Translations under genes and position numbers: made by a program
Source of the DNA: a virus
Taxonomy: Duplodnaviria > Caudoviricetes
Reading direction: 5' to 3' (one strand)
Length of the DNA stretch: 32,198 bases
IMG/VR virus record: IMGVR_UViG_3300025848_000124
Span: 1-32,198 of that record
The notes under the pieces: model-generated
Seen by the model: only the letters and a program-made list of their open reading frames with translations
Databases searched by the model: none
What the model was told of the DNA's origin: nothing
Shown: in pieces, positions 1 to 7,334 of the stretch
Numbering within the stretch: position 1 is the first letter of the stretch
Layout of the letters: every line of letters starts with the position of its first letter

Positions 1-73
1 GGTCTATGCCGCGAGATAAGATCCCGTTAAGCGCTGTAGCAATCAGCATCAATCGATCATCATTCTTCGCCAT
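1..73 (-). CDS. Hypothetical protein, N-terminal fragment running off the window edge (MAKNDDRLMLIATALNGILSRGID...)
   Basis: Manual translation; ATG at 73 preceded by GGAG; open to base 1. Confidence 0.55.
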   Translation of the reverse strand, partial: MAKNDDRLMLIATALNGILSRGID

Positions 74-167
74 AAGGCATGCTCCAAAGTATGTAAATTA
101 AAAACACAATCAGTCCAATCGAACCGACACCAAACATCGTGACAAGCCAGTCAATAAGATCAATCAT
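60..167 (-). CDS. Small single-TM membrane protein, 35 aa (MIDLIDWLVTMFGVGSIGLIVFLIYILWSMPYGEE)
   Basis: Manual translation; ATGA overlap with the stop of the upstream ORF at 164-166; hydrophobic core. Confidence 0.55.
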   Translation of the reverse strand: MIDLIDWLVTMFGVGSIGLIVFLIYILWSMPYGEE

Positions 168-457
168 CGAACCGCCCACTGTGCAATACCATTAGCAAAA
201 AAGATGAAGGCACAAGCAAACAGGGCATACATCAGCCACTGCAGGCCCTTGTAGCGAATCATTTGATACGGTGTGCGGTCAAGTACCATCAGGTCATAAA
301 CCCAGTCCTGATCATGGCTGTAATGGTTTTTTGCCGGTGGGCTGTACAAGGCTGAGACGCCGAATTTGTACGGGCGTTTTGTCACTGGCTTTAGCTTGCT
401 CGTCTGAAACTTGCTGATCGGGCAAATACCCAGGTGCTGTAAATAAATCTGTGTCAT
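164..457 (-). CDS. Hypothetical protein with C-terminal TM helix (start uncertain)
   Basis: ORF track; hydrophobic WLMYALFACAFIFFANGIA tail; stop coupled to next gene; 5' part overlaps 312..629 so true start is unclear. Confidence 0.5.
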   Translation of the reverse strand: MTQIYLQHLGICPISKFQTSKLKPVTKRPYKFGVSALYSPPAKNHYSHDQDWVYDLMVLDRTPYQMIRYKGLQWLMYALFACAFIFFANGIAQWAVR

Positions 458-629
458 CTGTTCCGTATCCTTCTATATAAATTTTTTCGTATTCAACTTC
501 CAGGTCATGCAAGGCATCCTTCAAAATATCAAGCCGGGTAACATAATGCTCAGCTATAAAATTTTTTGAATACCGAATGATTGTCTTGTCTTCCTCATCA
601 CTCCAATGGATTGATATGCAGTGCATCAA
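312..629 (-). CDS. Hypothetical phage protein
   Basis: ORF track; start overlaps stop of 626..826 (coupled); same strand as operon. Confidence 0.6.
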   Translation of the reverse strand: MMHCISIHWSDEEDKTIIRYSKNFIAEHYVTRLDILKDALHDLEVEYEKIYIEGYGTDDTDLFTAPGYLPDQQVSDEQAKASDKTPVQIRRLSLVQPTGKKPLQP

Positions 630-826
630 AAGGGCGCCTCCTCATAAGTTGACAGGTCAGGTTTGGGTTTGAATGCCAGCTTGACTTGATTGCGTTGCAG
701 GTAAATCCACTCGGGAAATGGCCACTCACTGTCATTGATCAATCGGACTGCGCAGGTCCCGTCGGGTTGGATGTGCTCAAGGATGCCAAGCCCTCGAGGT
801 GTCTTCACGCGTGATCCAGGAATCAT
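626..826 (-). CDS. Small hypothetical protein, SH3/KOW-like beta pattern (PGSRVKTPRGLGIL)
   Basis: ORF track; ATGA overlap with 823..1032; GGAGG upstream. Confidence 0.7.
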   Translation of the reverse strand: MIPGSRVKTPRGLGILEHIQPDGTCAVRLINDSEWPFPEWIYLQRNQVKLAFKPKPDLSTYEEAPF

Positions 827-1032
827 GCTGCTTTCCTCCGTGATTTGATGTGCTTGAACATTGACTCAAGCTCTTCCATTTCTTTTTGCAAGCGAGCGAA
901 GGCGTCGAGTTGATAGCCATCAAGATCTTGGTACTCACTTGCCAAGGCGCGGCTCAGATCGTTGACCCTCTCGACCACATTGCAGACCTGCATACGCAGA
1001 TCGTATTTGTCAGATTCAATTAGCTTGTACAT
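823..1032 (-). CDS. Hypothetical coiled-coil protein
   Basis: ORF track; strong SD GGAGGA before ATG. Confidence 0.75.
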   Translation of the reverse strand: MYKLIESDKYDLRMQVCNVVERVNDLSRALASEYQDLDGYQLDAFARLQKEMEELESMFKHIKSRRKAA

Positions 1033-1064
1033 GTGTCCTCCGAGGGGGCTAGGCCCCCAGTTGT

Positions 1065-1265
1065 TTATCGTTGGATTACAGCTTTGCGTGATGTGTCGCG
1101 CTTGACCTCGCTGACGGCGTCAAACCCGCGTACACCACAGTCGGTCTCGTCAGCGAAGTACCAGCCCTCAGCTAGCGTTACGATGATGCTGTTGCCTTCA
1201 CTGCGCTCATCATCGATGAATGCCACCCAAGGGCGGGTGGCCAGCAGGTTGTTGAGTGTCTTCAT
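1065..1265 (-). CDS. Hypothetical phage protein, 66 aa (MKTLNNLLATRPWVAFIDDER...)
   Basis: Trimmed from ORF 1065..1442 to ATG 1265, which follows the stop of 1279..1572 and an AGGGGG SD-like run. Confidence 0.7.
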   Translation of the reverse strand: MKTLNNLLATRPWVAFIDDERSEGNSIIVTLAEGWYFADETDCGVRGFDAVSEVKRDTSRKAVIQR

Positions 1266-1278
1266 GCTGGCCCCCTGA

Positions 1279-1572
1279 TTAGCGGCTGGTAACTTTGACT
1301 GAGAAGACTGCGGTGGTCTTCTGGAATTTGGCGTAAGCCTCGGCACCGAAAGCCTTAATGAAGGCGTCCTTGTCAAACGTCGAGCGGTTAGTCTCAACGT
1401 AAGTGGCTTTGAAGAGTGAACCTTCGATGGACTTTGAGCCACCAGCAGAAGCGCTGTCTTTGATGGCGTCTTTGATTGCGTCAGCCTGCTTGGTCAGATC
1501 TGCGATCTGGGCTAAGAGAGCACCGAGTTGGTCAACTGATGCTGCGGTGATGTTTGCGATGTCGTTTTGCAT
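1279..1572 (-). CDS. Early phage protein, N-terminal coiled coil plus small alpha/beta C-terminal domain
   Basis: ORF track; AGGAG SD; first gene behind a near-consensus sigma70 promoter. Confidence 0.8.
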   Translation of the reverse strand: MQNDIANITAASVDQLGALLAQIADLTKQADAIKDAIKDSASAGGSKSIEGSLFKATYVETNRSTFDKDAFIKAFGAEAYAKFQKTTAVFSVKVTSR

Positions 1573-1619
1573 TTGGTTTGCTCCTGGGTTTGCTTACATA
1601 GCGAACTTGCTATGGATGA

Positions 1620-1648
1620 ATCTTAGGCTTTTTTAATCCACTTGTCAA
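1620..1648 (-). promoter_or_regulatory. Sigma70-type promoter TTGACA-N17-TAAGAT driving the leftward small-gene cluster
   Basis: Perfect -35, 17 nt spacer, 5/6 -10 read on minus strand. Confidence 0.8.
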
Positions 1649-1690
1649 AGCCTATCCAACCATTCATCCACCCAGGAGCTACCACTCATC

Positions 1691-2434
1691 CTACTGATAA
1701 TTATTTTTGGCCTGCCAAAACTTCAAAAGCGATTCAAACATTAACCAGCCGCGCTCAACATCAGCTTTAGTCCACTCAAAGAGCGATACCAATCCTGAGT
1801 GGGTTGTGCTCACAAAAATATTGGCACAAGCCGCATCAGGAAGTATCAATCCCGATCGATAGGCCGCCAGTTGCATCAAGTGCTCATCAAACCCTTGCGG
1901 ATCATCCTTAGGGCCAAAGGCTTTGGTCTTGATGTCAATGACCGCTGCTTTGCAGTGAAGGTCACATTTGCCACCAAATCCTTGTGGGTGTGAGAAGGAC
2001 TTCTCACTGATCCAATCCTGCTTACCGTAGGCCTGATCAAGCACCTGCTTCACAGCGAGATAAGACTCATTCGGTGGCCCGCCTTCAAAGGCACTTTGAA
2101 CCTTGGCATGGATTGCAGTACCAAGATCTCGAGCTTCTGAGGCCTGCTCTTTGCTGTCCTTTAAGACTCGGTCAGCGTAGGCGTCCAGCGACTCATCATC
2201 ACGCTTTGGAAGGGTCAGTGATGCAAGCAAGATCTGTTGCTGTTTCCAGGCCTCTAAACCGGGCTTGGCGGCGCAATTGAGGATGGTGGTGACTGAAGGT
2301 ACTAGGTCATACTTGCGAGCGTCTCTGAGCGTTGTATTGCGCAGGTGGCCAGCATTGGATTTAACCTGGTACATCGGCTCGCCGGTACGGGTATACCAGT
2401 GTCCAGAATCGGAAGGGCGTTCTTTTATTTCCAT
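1691..2434 (-). CDS. PD-(D/E)XK family exonuclease (RecB/Cas4/lambda-exo-like)
   Basis: Motifs PSVTTIL, GTAIH, E-(x)-GGKCDL, IDIKT, QLAAY. Confidence 0.85.
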   Translation of the reverse strand: MEIKERPSDSGHWYTRTGEPMYQVKSNAGHLRNTTLRDARKYDLVPSVTTILNCAAKPGLEAWKQQQILLASLTLPKRDDESLDAYADRVLKDSKEQASEARDLGTAIHAKVQSAFEGGPPNESYLAVKQVLDQAYGKQDWISEKSFSHPQGFGGKCDLHCKAAVIDIKTKAFGPKDDPQGFDEHLMQLAAYRSGLILPDAACANIFVSTTHSGLVSLFEWTKADVERGWLMFESLLKFWQAKNNYQ

Positions 2435-2754
2435 ACCTTCACCTTTACGATGCGTTGCGGTTTCCCTGATCGGCCAGGTTTACGTTGGCCTGTATCCTCA
2501 ATGAAACCCTTATCAAGCAGCGCTCGAAACCTTGCGGTTATTGATGAGTAGGGCTTCGTTGGATTGAGTGCCAAGACATCATCTTGTGTGCAGCCATCAG
2601 CAAAGCGTTTGATCGTCTCGTAAACAAGCTTTTCAAGCTCGCCACTCTTAACCGCATAGGCTGCCGCATGACTCGTATCAGGGTCATCTCTACGGACCAA
2701 AAGCTTAGGGTCCGTGCCAAACTCCACAAGTTCTGGAAATTCAAGTTGTTTCAT
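2425..2754 (-). CDS. Winged-helix DNA-binding protein
   Basis: RRDDPDTSHAAA N-terminus, then GCTQDDV...SITARFRALLDKGFIEDTG..R.GRSG wHTH pattern. Confidence 0.7.
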   Translation of the reverse strand: MKQLEFPELVEFGTDPKLLVRRDDPDTSHAAAYAVKSGELEKLVYETIKRFADGCTQDDVLALNPTKPYSSITARFRALLDKGFIEDTGQRKPGRSGKPQRIVKVKVWK

Positions 2755-3025
2755 GGCTTGATACCGCCCGAATCTTGATGCCTGCTGCTAACAGGAACCC
2801 GTGCATTTGCATATCGTGAATGCGCTTCACAAAGACTCTTGCGCCATTAGGGGCCAGCAGGAAGTCATACTCGGCTGCAACGTCCTTTTGATCTGTTGGC
2901 GGGATTTCCTCAATGGAAAAATTAGCGCTTTCGAGTTGTGCTTTGAGTTTGTCGTGCTTGCGCTTGAGCCAAGAATTCCTCATGCCCATGCTGATACGCT
3001 CTCTTTGTTTCGCCGTCCTCTTCAT
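2741..3025 (-). CDS. Hypothetical protein with basic N-terminal helix (MKRTAKQRERISMGMRNSW)
   Basis: ORF track trimmed to ATG 3025 with AGGAG SD. Confidence 0.7.
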   Translation of the reverse strand: MKRTAKQRERISMGMRNSWLKRKHDKLKAQLESANFSIEEIPPTDQKDVAAEYDFLLAPNGARVFVKRIHDMQMHGFLLAAGIKIRAVSSHETT

Positions 3026-3033
3026 GTTTTCTC

Positions 3034-3267
3034 CTAAAGCCAATGTCTTGACCAAAGTAAGGTGGTTGATTCCTTGCCGCCCATGTCAACGAGTTCGGCA
3101 GGGGTAAAAAGTTGGCCGCCAGGCCACACCCACACATGCTGCTTTGTGAAGTGCGGCACTAGCATGACCCCATTGACATACCAAATTGACACCCAAACCC
3201 GTTCAGCAAGTTTGTTCTCAACGGATTGGGCGGCGGCAGCCTTCTGGGTTAGCTGTTTTGTTTTCAT
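3034..3267 (-). CDS. Hypothetical phage protein
   Basis: ORF track; starts 2 nt after the SSB-like stop. Confidence 0.65.
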   Translation of the reverse strand: MKTKQLTQKAAAAQSVENKLAERVWVSIWYVNGVMLVPHFTKQHVWVWPGGQLFTPAELVDMGGKESTTLLWSRHWL

Positions 3268-3269
3268 GA

Positions 3270-3893
3270 TCAGAAGGGGATGTCATCATCAACGTCATCA
3301 AGCTTGGCCACATGCTTGATCTGTTGCCTGTTTTCCCATTCGGGTGACTGCATGATGATCTTCTTCAGGCCATCGGTCAGCGCATCAAACTCGTGCTGCT
3401 CGAAGTAACCAAAGCTGAAGTACACCTTCTTGTTGACCATTTCAGGCAGGCCAAGCTTTTTCAGCGCTGCAGGCACCGCGGTAACCGTATCCACATTGGC
3501 AAAGGTCCTATCACCCTTGACTGCGTGAGTCACGGTCAGCATGCAAGGTGCGCCGATGATGGTACGAAGGTCGAACCCTTTGAGTTCCTGGGCGGTGAAT
3601 TCCCTGCCACGCCATGAAATCAGCGTCTTGCGAAGCTTGGCCTTCTCAGCAAGCGATAAGGTGTAACGCTGGCTCAGGGATAAGGGCCTGCCGTCTTCCA
3701 GGGTTAAAGGCTGGCCATCAGCATCTTCGCCATGTAACTCCCACATGATGCGGCATTGCCGGGCTTGTTTCTGCTCGCCAAGGTAGGTGTAACCCTGGGT
3801 GCCTAAATCGACCACGCCGTAGCAGATGGCCATATGAACCCCTGCCGGGGCTAGTTTGAATTCGCGGTCATTACCGCTATCAGAGATCAACAT
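3270..3893 (-). CDS. Phage single-stranded DNA-binding protein-like (OB-fold type, acidic DDDIPF tail)
   Basis: C-terminal DDVDDDIPF typical of SSBs; PAGVHMAICYGVVDLG N-terminal motif; start set to ATG 3893 with AAGGA SD. Confidence 0.75.
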   Translation of the reverse strand: MLISDSGNDREFKLAPAGVHMAICYGVVDLGTQGYTYLGEQKQARQCRIMWELHGEDADGQPLTLEDGRPLSLSQRYTLSLAEKAKLRKTLISWRGREFTAQELKGFDLRTIIGAPCMLTVTHAVKGDRTFANVDTVTAVPAALKKLGLPEMVNKKVYFSFGYFEQHEFDALTDGLKKIIMQSPEWENRQQIKHVAKLDDVDDDIPF

Positions 3894-4050
3894 GATTTGC
3901 ATCCTTTTTGAAAATGTTTCGTAAGCCAAGTTCAGCGGCGATCAGTCTCCAATCATTTGCATCGGCCTGGCCATCTCGTGCTCGAGTAAAGGCCTCTTCG
4001 ACCATTTGCTCTCGTTCTTCCATTGCTTGTTGCCATTCAGAATTTTCCAT
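3880..4050 (-). CDS. Small hypothetical protein, 56 aa (MENSEWQQAMEEREQMVEEAFTRAR...)
   Basis: Manual translation; GGAG SD; first gene of leftward operon. Confidence 0.7.
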   Translation of the reverse strand: MENSEWQQAMEEREQMVEEAFTRARDGQADANDWRLIAAELGLRNIFKKDANHVDL

Positions 4051-4080
4051 AGGGTTTGCTCCGTGGTTTGCGAAGTCTAA

Positions 4081-4109
4081 AGTGTTTCATGTATCGAACA
4101 CTCTGTCAA
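4081..4109 (-). promoter_or_regulatory. Leftward sigma70-type promoter TTGACA-N17-AACACT
   Basis: Perfect -35, 17 nt spacer, weak -10; divergent from Cro-like gene. Confidence 0.55.
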
Positions 4110-4125
4110 CCTATTTATCTATGGG

Positions 4126-4154
4126 TTGCATCATGGCAAACGTTCGATTATGCT
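4126..4154 (+). promoter_or_regulatory. Rightward promoter TTGCAT-N17-TATGCT giving a leaderless mRNA
   Basis: -10 ends 6 nt before ATG 4161, which has no SD. Confidence 0.65.
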
Positions 4155-4160
4155 AACGCC

Positions 4161-4364
4161 ATGAACATACGAGACCTTATTGAATCCGTTGGTGGCGTGC
4201 GATCAGCGGCCCGTCTGTTAGGGGTTGCACCGAGCACTGCGCATTACTACTGCAAAACGAATCGTGTACCGCTCAAGCGGCTTTTGATGCTGGCGTCAGT
4301 GTCCGAGATGCTCTCAAAGGGCAAGTACCAGTACGACCAGATCATTAAAGAGCACGGGTTATGA
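4161..4364 (+). CDS. Cro-like HTH transcriptional regulator
   Basis: MNIRDLIESVGGVRSAARLLGVAPSTAHYY is a Cro/YdaS-type HTH; position at the divergence point. Confidence 0.8.
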   Translation: MNIRDLIESVGGVRSAARLLGVAPSTAHYYCKTNRVPLKRLLMLASVSEMLSKGKYQYDQIIKEHGL

Positions 4365-4392
4365 ACCGCGATGATCGACTTAGGGGAAATTA

Positions 4393-4560
4393 ATGGAAGG
4401 CATGCTTGGATTCGCACTTACAGCTTGGGTAATCCTGGCTTGGCTTACTCATGTCATTGTCTCAATCCAGGGCGCTAAGTGGTTTTTGCTGATTGCTGGG
4501 GCGATCGTGTTCCCAGTGGGATGTGTCCACGGCACGGGTGTTTGGTTTGGGGTGTTTTGA
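4393..4560 (+). CDS. Small membrane protein, 55 aa, about two TM helices
   Basis: Manual translation MEGMLGFALTAWVILAWLTHVIVSIQGAKWFLLIAGAIVFPVGCVHGTGVWFGVF; AGGGG SD; TGATG coupling to next gene. Confidence 0.7.
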   Translation: MEGMLGFALTAWVILAWLTHVIVSIQGAKWFLLIAGAIVFPVGCVHGTGVWFGVF

Positions 4561-4865
4561 TGGACCGATACTTTGAAGTCAGAGCGCTGGTCAAGGACGA
4601 GTCCTTAAGGATCAAGGACATCGTTAAACAAACCGGCTATGACAAAGGCCATGTAAGCCGGCTGCGCAAAGCCTCGCGCATTGATAAGTTGATTGCAGAT
4701 GCTGTGGCTGCCGAGCGTGAAGCATGTGCAGCGCTGCTTGATGTTGCGGTGGAAAATTTCACGAGCATATCGTTGCAAGTTAATGACGAGGACGGCATCG
4801 TGATGGAACACGCCAATACCTGCAGCCATTTAGCTGCCACCATCCGCGCAAGGGGTAACACATGA
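4560..4865 (+). CDS. Hypothetical protein: N-terminal HTH-like segment fused to an AAEREACA...IRARG module
   Basis: Trimmed to ATG 4560; IKDIVKQTGYDKGHVSRLR HTH pattern. Confidence 0.7.
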   Translation: MDRYFEVRALVKDESLRIKDIVKQTGYDKGHVSRLRKASRIDKLIADAVAAEREACAALLDVAVENFTSISLQVNDEDGIVMEHANTCSHLAATIRARGNT

Positions 4866-5104
4866 ACCGCGAAGACATCATCCGCATGGCGAAAGAGGCA
4901 GGGCTTAATGATCCACACGCGGTAATTCATGCCTATTGTGAGCTTAAATTAACAGGCCATCTTGAACGCTTCGCTGCCCTTGTTGCTGCTGCCGAGCGTG
5001 AGGCGTGTGCGAAGGTTTGTGAAGACATAGACACCGAATACGAAGGCGAGGATGTGCTGGCAACTTGGTGCGCCAACGCCATACGAGCAAGGGGTCAGCC
5101 ATGA
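4862..5104 (+). CDS. Hypothetical phage protein (MNREDIIRMAKEAG...AAAEREACAKVCE...AIRARG)
   Basis: ORF track; ATGA overlaps at both ends. Confidence 0.8.
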   Translation: MNREDIIRMAKEAGLNDPHAVIHAYCELKLTGHLERFAALVAAAEREACAKVCEDIDTEYEGEDVLATWCANAIRARGQP

Positions 5105-5367
5105 CTAAGACCGAGATTGAGATAGCCAAGACTGCTTATGCGATGGTCAAAAGCATCGGTAATCACATTGAACTTATTGAAGAGCAGCATGACAGTGACT
5201 TTGCTGAGCAGGTCTTCAACAGCGTAGCGCTCACCATGCTGACCAAGATCTGCTTAGGGATTGCTGAGAATAACGGTCATGAAGCCTTTGAAAGCTATTG
5301 GTCAGACGTTGATAGCAAGCTGCGCGAGATGATCCAAACTTTTGCTTGCACACCAACGAAGCATTAG
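5101..5367 (+). CDS. Hypothetical protein
   Basis: Trimmed to ATG 5101 (ATGA overlap). Confidence 0.7.
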   Translation: MTKTEIEIAKTAYAMVKSIGNHIELIEEQHDSDFAEQVFNSVALTMLTKICLGIAENNGHEAFESYWSDVDSKLREMIQTFACTPTKH

Positions 5368-5374
5368 GTAAAGT
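5346..5374 (+). promoter_or_regulatory. Putative promoter TTGCAC-N17-TAAAGT for the replication operon
   Basis: 17 nt spacing; predicted start coincides with the 5' end of a structured leader at ~5380. Confidence 0.5.
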
Positions 5375-5379
5375 CCAAA

Positions 5380-5468
5380 GGGCATGGCTAGGTTAGCTAC
5401 CGAAAAGCGGCTTCATCACCCGCCTGCCAACGCCCAACTTCAGTGATGATTGCCTTTGATGGAAGGTT
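5380..5468 (+). ncRNA. Putative structured cis-regulatory leader RNA (multi-stem junction plus pseudoknot)
   Basis: Stems GGGCATGGC/GCCAACGCCC, GGT/ACC, GCGG/CCGC; loop TCATCAC complementary to GTGATGA at 5443-5449. Confidence 0.55.
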
Positions 5469-5473
5469 ATGAA

Positions 5474-6145
5474 ATGCACTTTTATCCCCACCATATTGGG
5501 GACTTTTTGAAGGACACCTCGTCCTTAACACCCGAAGAGTCCTATTACTACCTGCGGCTGATCTGGCTGTATTACGACACCGAAAAGCCGCTCCCAGACG
5601 ATATTCCAAGCCTTGCCTTCAAGATCGGAGCGCGTGGCAAGGAGGATTGCGTGCGGAGTTTGGTTCAGATCTATTTCACATACGATTCAGATCTGAAATC
5701 ACATACGCATCAGAGGATTGATTGGGAAATTAAGAAGTATCAAGCCAAGGCAGCTTCTGCAAAGCGTGCGAATCAGATCCGTTGGGAAGCTGAAAAGGAT
5801 CTGAAATCAGATCTGAAATCAGATGCGAAACAGATCCCAACCAAGAACCAAGAACCAATAACCAATAATAAAGACAAGGGGCTTGCAAGCAAGCCTGATG
5901 ATGTGTCTGATCAAATTTGGTCTGATTTCCTTAGAGTTCGTAAAGCACACAATGCTCCACTGACCAAAACTGCTTTTGCCAGACTCATCACTGAATCAGT
6001 TCAAGCCAAGATGAGCATTGAGGATGTCTTAAAGCTTTGCATTGAAAAGAACTGGCGCGGTTTTCAAGCTGAATGGCTTGCTAATCAAAAAGCTAAACCT
6101 GTTGTTGCAGGCCTTGATCCCTTCGCAAGCCGGGGTGGCGTATGA
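5474..6145 (+). CDS. Phage replication initiator, DUF1376/YdaU family (lambda O analogue)
   Basis: MHFYPHHIGDFLKDTSSLTPEE..YLRLIWLYYDTEKPLP N-terminal signature; internal iterons; C-terminal W.DF...RK...W.GF domain. Confidence 0.85.
   Translation: MHFYPHHIGDFLKDTSSLTPEESYYYLRLIWLYYDTEKPLPDDIPSLAFKIGARGKEDCVRSLVQIYFTYDSDLKSHTHQRIDWEIKKYQAKAASAKRANQIRWEAEKDLKSDLKSDAKQIPTKNQEPITNNKDKGLASKPDDVSDQIWSDFLRVRKAHNAPLTKTAFARLITESVQAKMSIEDVLKLCIEKNWRGFQAEWLANQKAKPVVAGLDPFASRGGV
5665..5872 (+). repeat. Iterons and A-rich repeats, probable replication origin inside the initiator gene
   Basis: GATCTGAAATCA at 5690, 5798, 5810 plus degenerate copies; palindrome TTCAGATCTGAA 5686-5697; AACCAAG/AACCAAT x4 at ~5839-5866. 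Confidence 0.7.
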
Positions 6146-6438
6146 AAGGGCACGACTTCGTTATGGACCTGCTGGCCAAAAATGAGGTGCCCCGCGCCGT
6201 CTTCATCGAGTTTGATGGCAAGCCTGATCCTTACGCCGCAGCCCCGGTTGTGGTGGTCAGCAAATGGGATTTTGACTACCGCTGGGTTAAAGGCCTGGTG
6301 GCTCACGTTACAGGCCCTGACTCCGATGCAGTAGCACGCGCCGCTAAAGAACTGCTCCGCTGCGGTGCTGCCCGAGTCTTCGCCCATTACACCGAATCAC
6401 GCTTTCCCATCCTCTGGGACTCAAAGGTTGACGCATGA
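6142..6438 (+). CDS. Hypothetical protein between initiator and helicase
   Basis: ORF track; ATGA overlaps at both ends. Confidence 0.75.
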   Translation: MKGHDFVMDLLAKNEVPRAVFIEFDGKPDPYAAAPVVVVSKWDFDYRWVKGLVAHVTGPDSDAVARAAKELLRCGAARVFAHYTESRFPILWDSKVDA

Positions 6439-7334
6439 ATACCATCCCGCAAGACATCGACTTCCAAGCCTGGTATGACTCCATGGAAGCCCAGGTCCGC
6501 GTTAGGTCCGCGGCTGACTGCATGGATCAACTGATCGACCAGGTTAAGAACCCGGTCACAACCAAACCCATCACGATGCCCTGGTCCAAGACCCTGGGCC
6601 TCTTCGAGTTCCGGCCTGCCGAGGTTACGGTCTTTGCCGGCACCAATGGATCTGGCAAGTCGATGCTGACCGGCATGATTGCCCTGAGCCTGATTGCTCA
6701 AGGCCAGCGTGTTGTTATCGCTTCCTTCGAGATGAAGCCCTTGCGCACCCTTCAGCGCATGGTCAGGCAATGGTCCCGTCGCAGAGACCCTGCTGTAGCC
6801 GATTACGAGGCCTTCAAGGACTGGGTGGGCGACAAGATGTGGTTTTATGACCAGCAGGGCACGGTAAGCCCTGGGCAGGTTTTAGGGGTCGGCAGTTACG
6901 CTGCAGCCAATCTCAATTGCAAGCACTACTTGATCGACTCGCTGATGAAATGCCTAAGAGACGAGGACGACTATAACGGGCAGAAAAACTTTGTGGACCA
7001 ACTCTGCACTCTGGCTCGAGACTATGACACGCACATCCACCTGGTGCACCACATCCGCAAGCAGCAAAACGATGAGAACCCACCCACGAAGATGGACCTG
7101 AAAGGCTCGGGATCAGTGGCCGACCAGGTTGATAACGTGATCCTGATGCACCGCAACAAAAAGAAGGAGCGTGAGGTTGAGGCTGGCAATGTCGTTGACC
7201 AGTCAATCCCTGACGCTTACCTGGCCATTGAGAAACAAAGAAACGGCGAATACGAAGGCGTCATTAGACTTTGGTTCGACAAAAACTCACAGCAATTTAC
7301 GGATCAAGCCTATGGAAACCCCATTATCTTTTGA
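6435..7334 (+). CDS. SF4 (DnaB/T7 gp4-like) replicative helicase, ATPase domain only, no primase
   Basis: Walker A GTNGSGKS, SFEM, Walker B LIDSL, HLVHHIRK, DLKGSGSVADQVDNV, KQRNG. Confidence 0.9.
   Translation: MNTIPQDIDFQAWYDSMEAQVRVRSAADCMDQLIDQVKNPVTTKPITMPWSKTLGLFEFRPAEVTVFAGTNGSGKSMLTGMIALSLIAQGQRVVIASFEMKPLRTLQRMVRQWSRRRDPAVADYEAFKDWVGDKMWFYDQQGTVSPGQVLGVGSYAAANLNCKHYLIDSLMKCLRDEDDYNGQKNFVDQLCTLARDYDTHIHLVHHIRKQQNDENPPTKMDLKGSGSVADQVDNVILMHRNKKKEREVEAGNVVDQSIPDAYLAIEKQRNGEYEGVIRLWFDKNSQQFTDQAYGNPIIF

Noticed and set aside
312-457. 146 nt same-strand overlap of ORFs 164-457 and 312-629 as a dual-coding region or ACG start
   Set aside because: Start of the downstream gene cannot be fixed from sequence alone; a later start would remove the overlap.
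1691-2434. Nuclease as a Cas4 of a CRISPR system
   Set aside because: Sits with an SSB-like gene in a recombination operon; a stand-alone phage exonuclease is the simpler reading.
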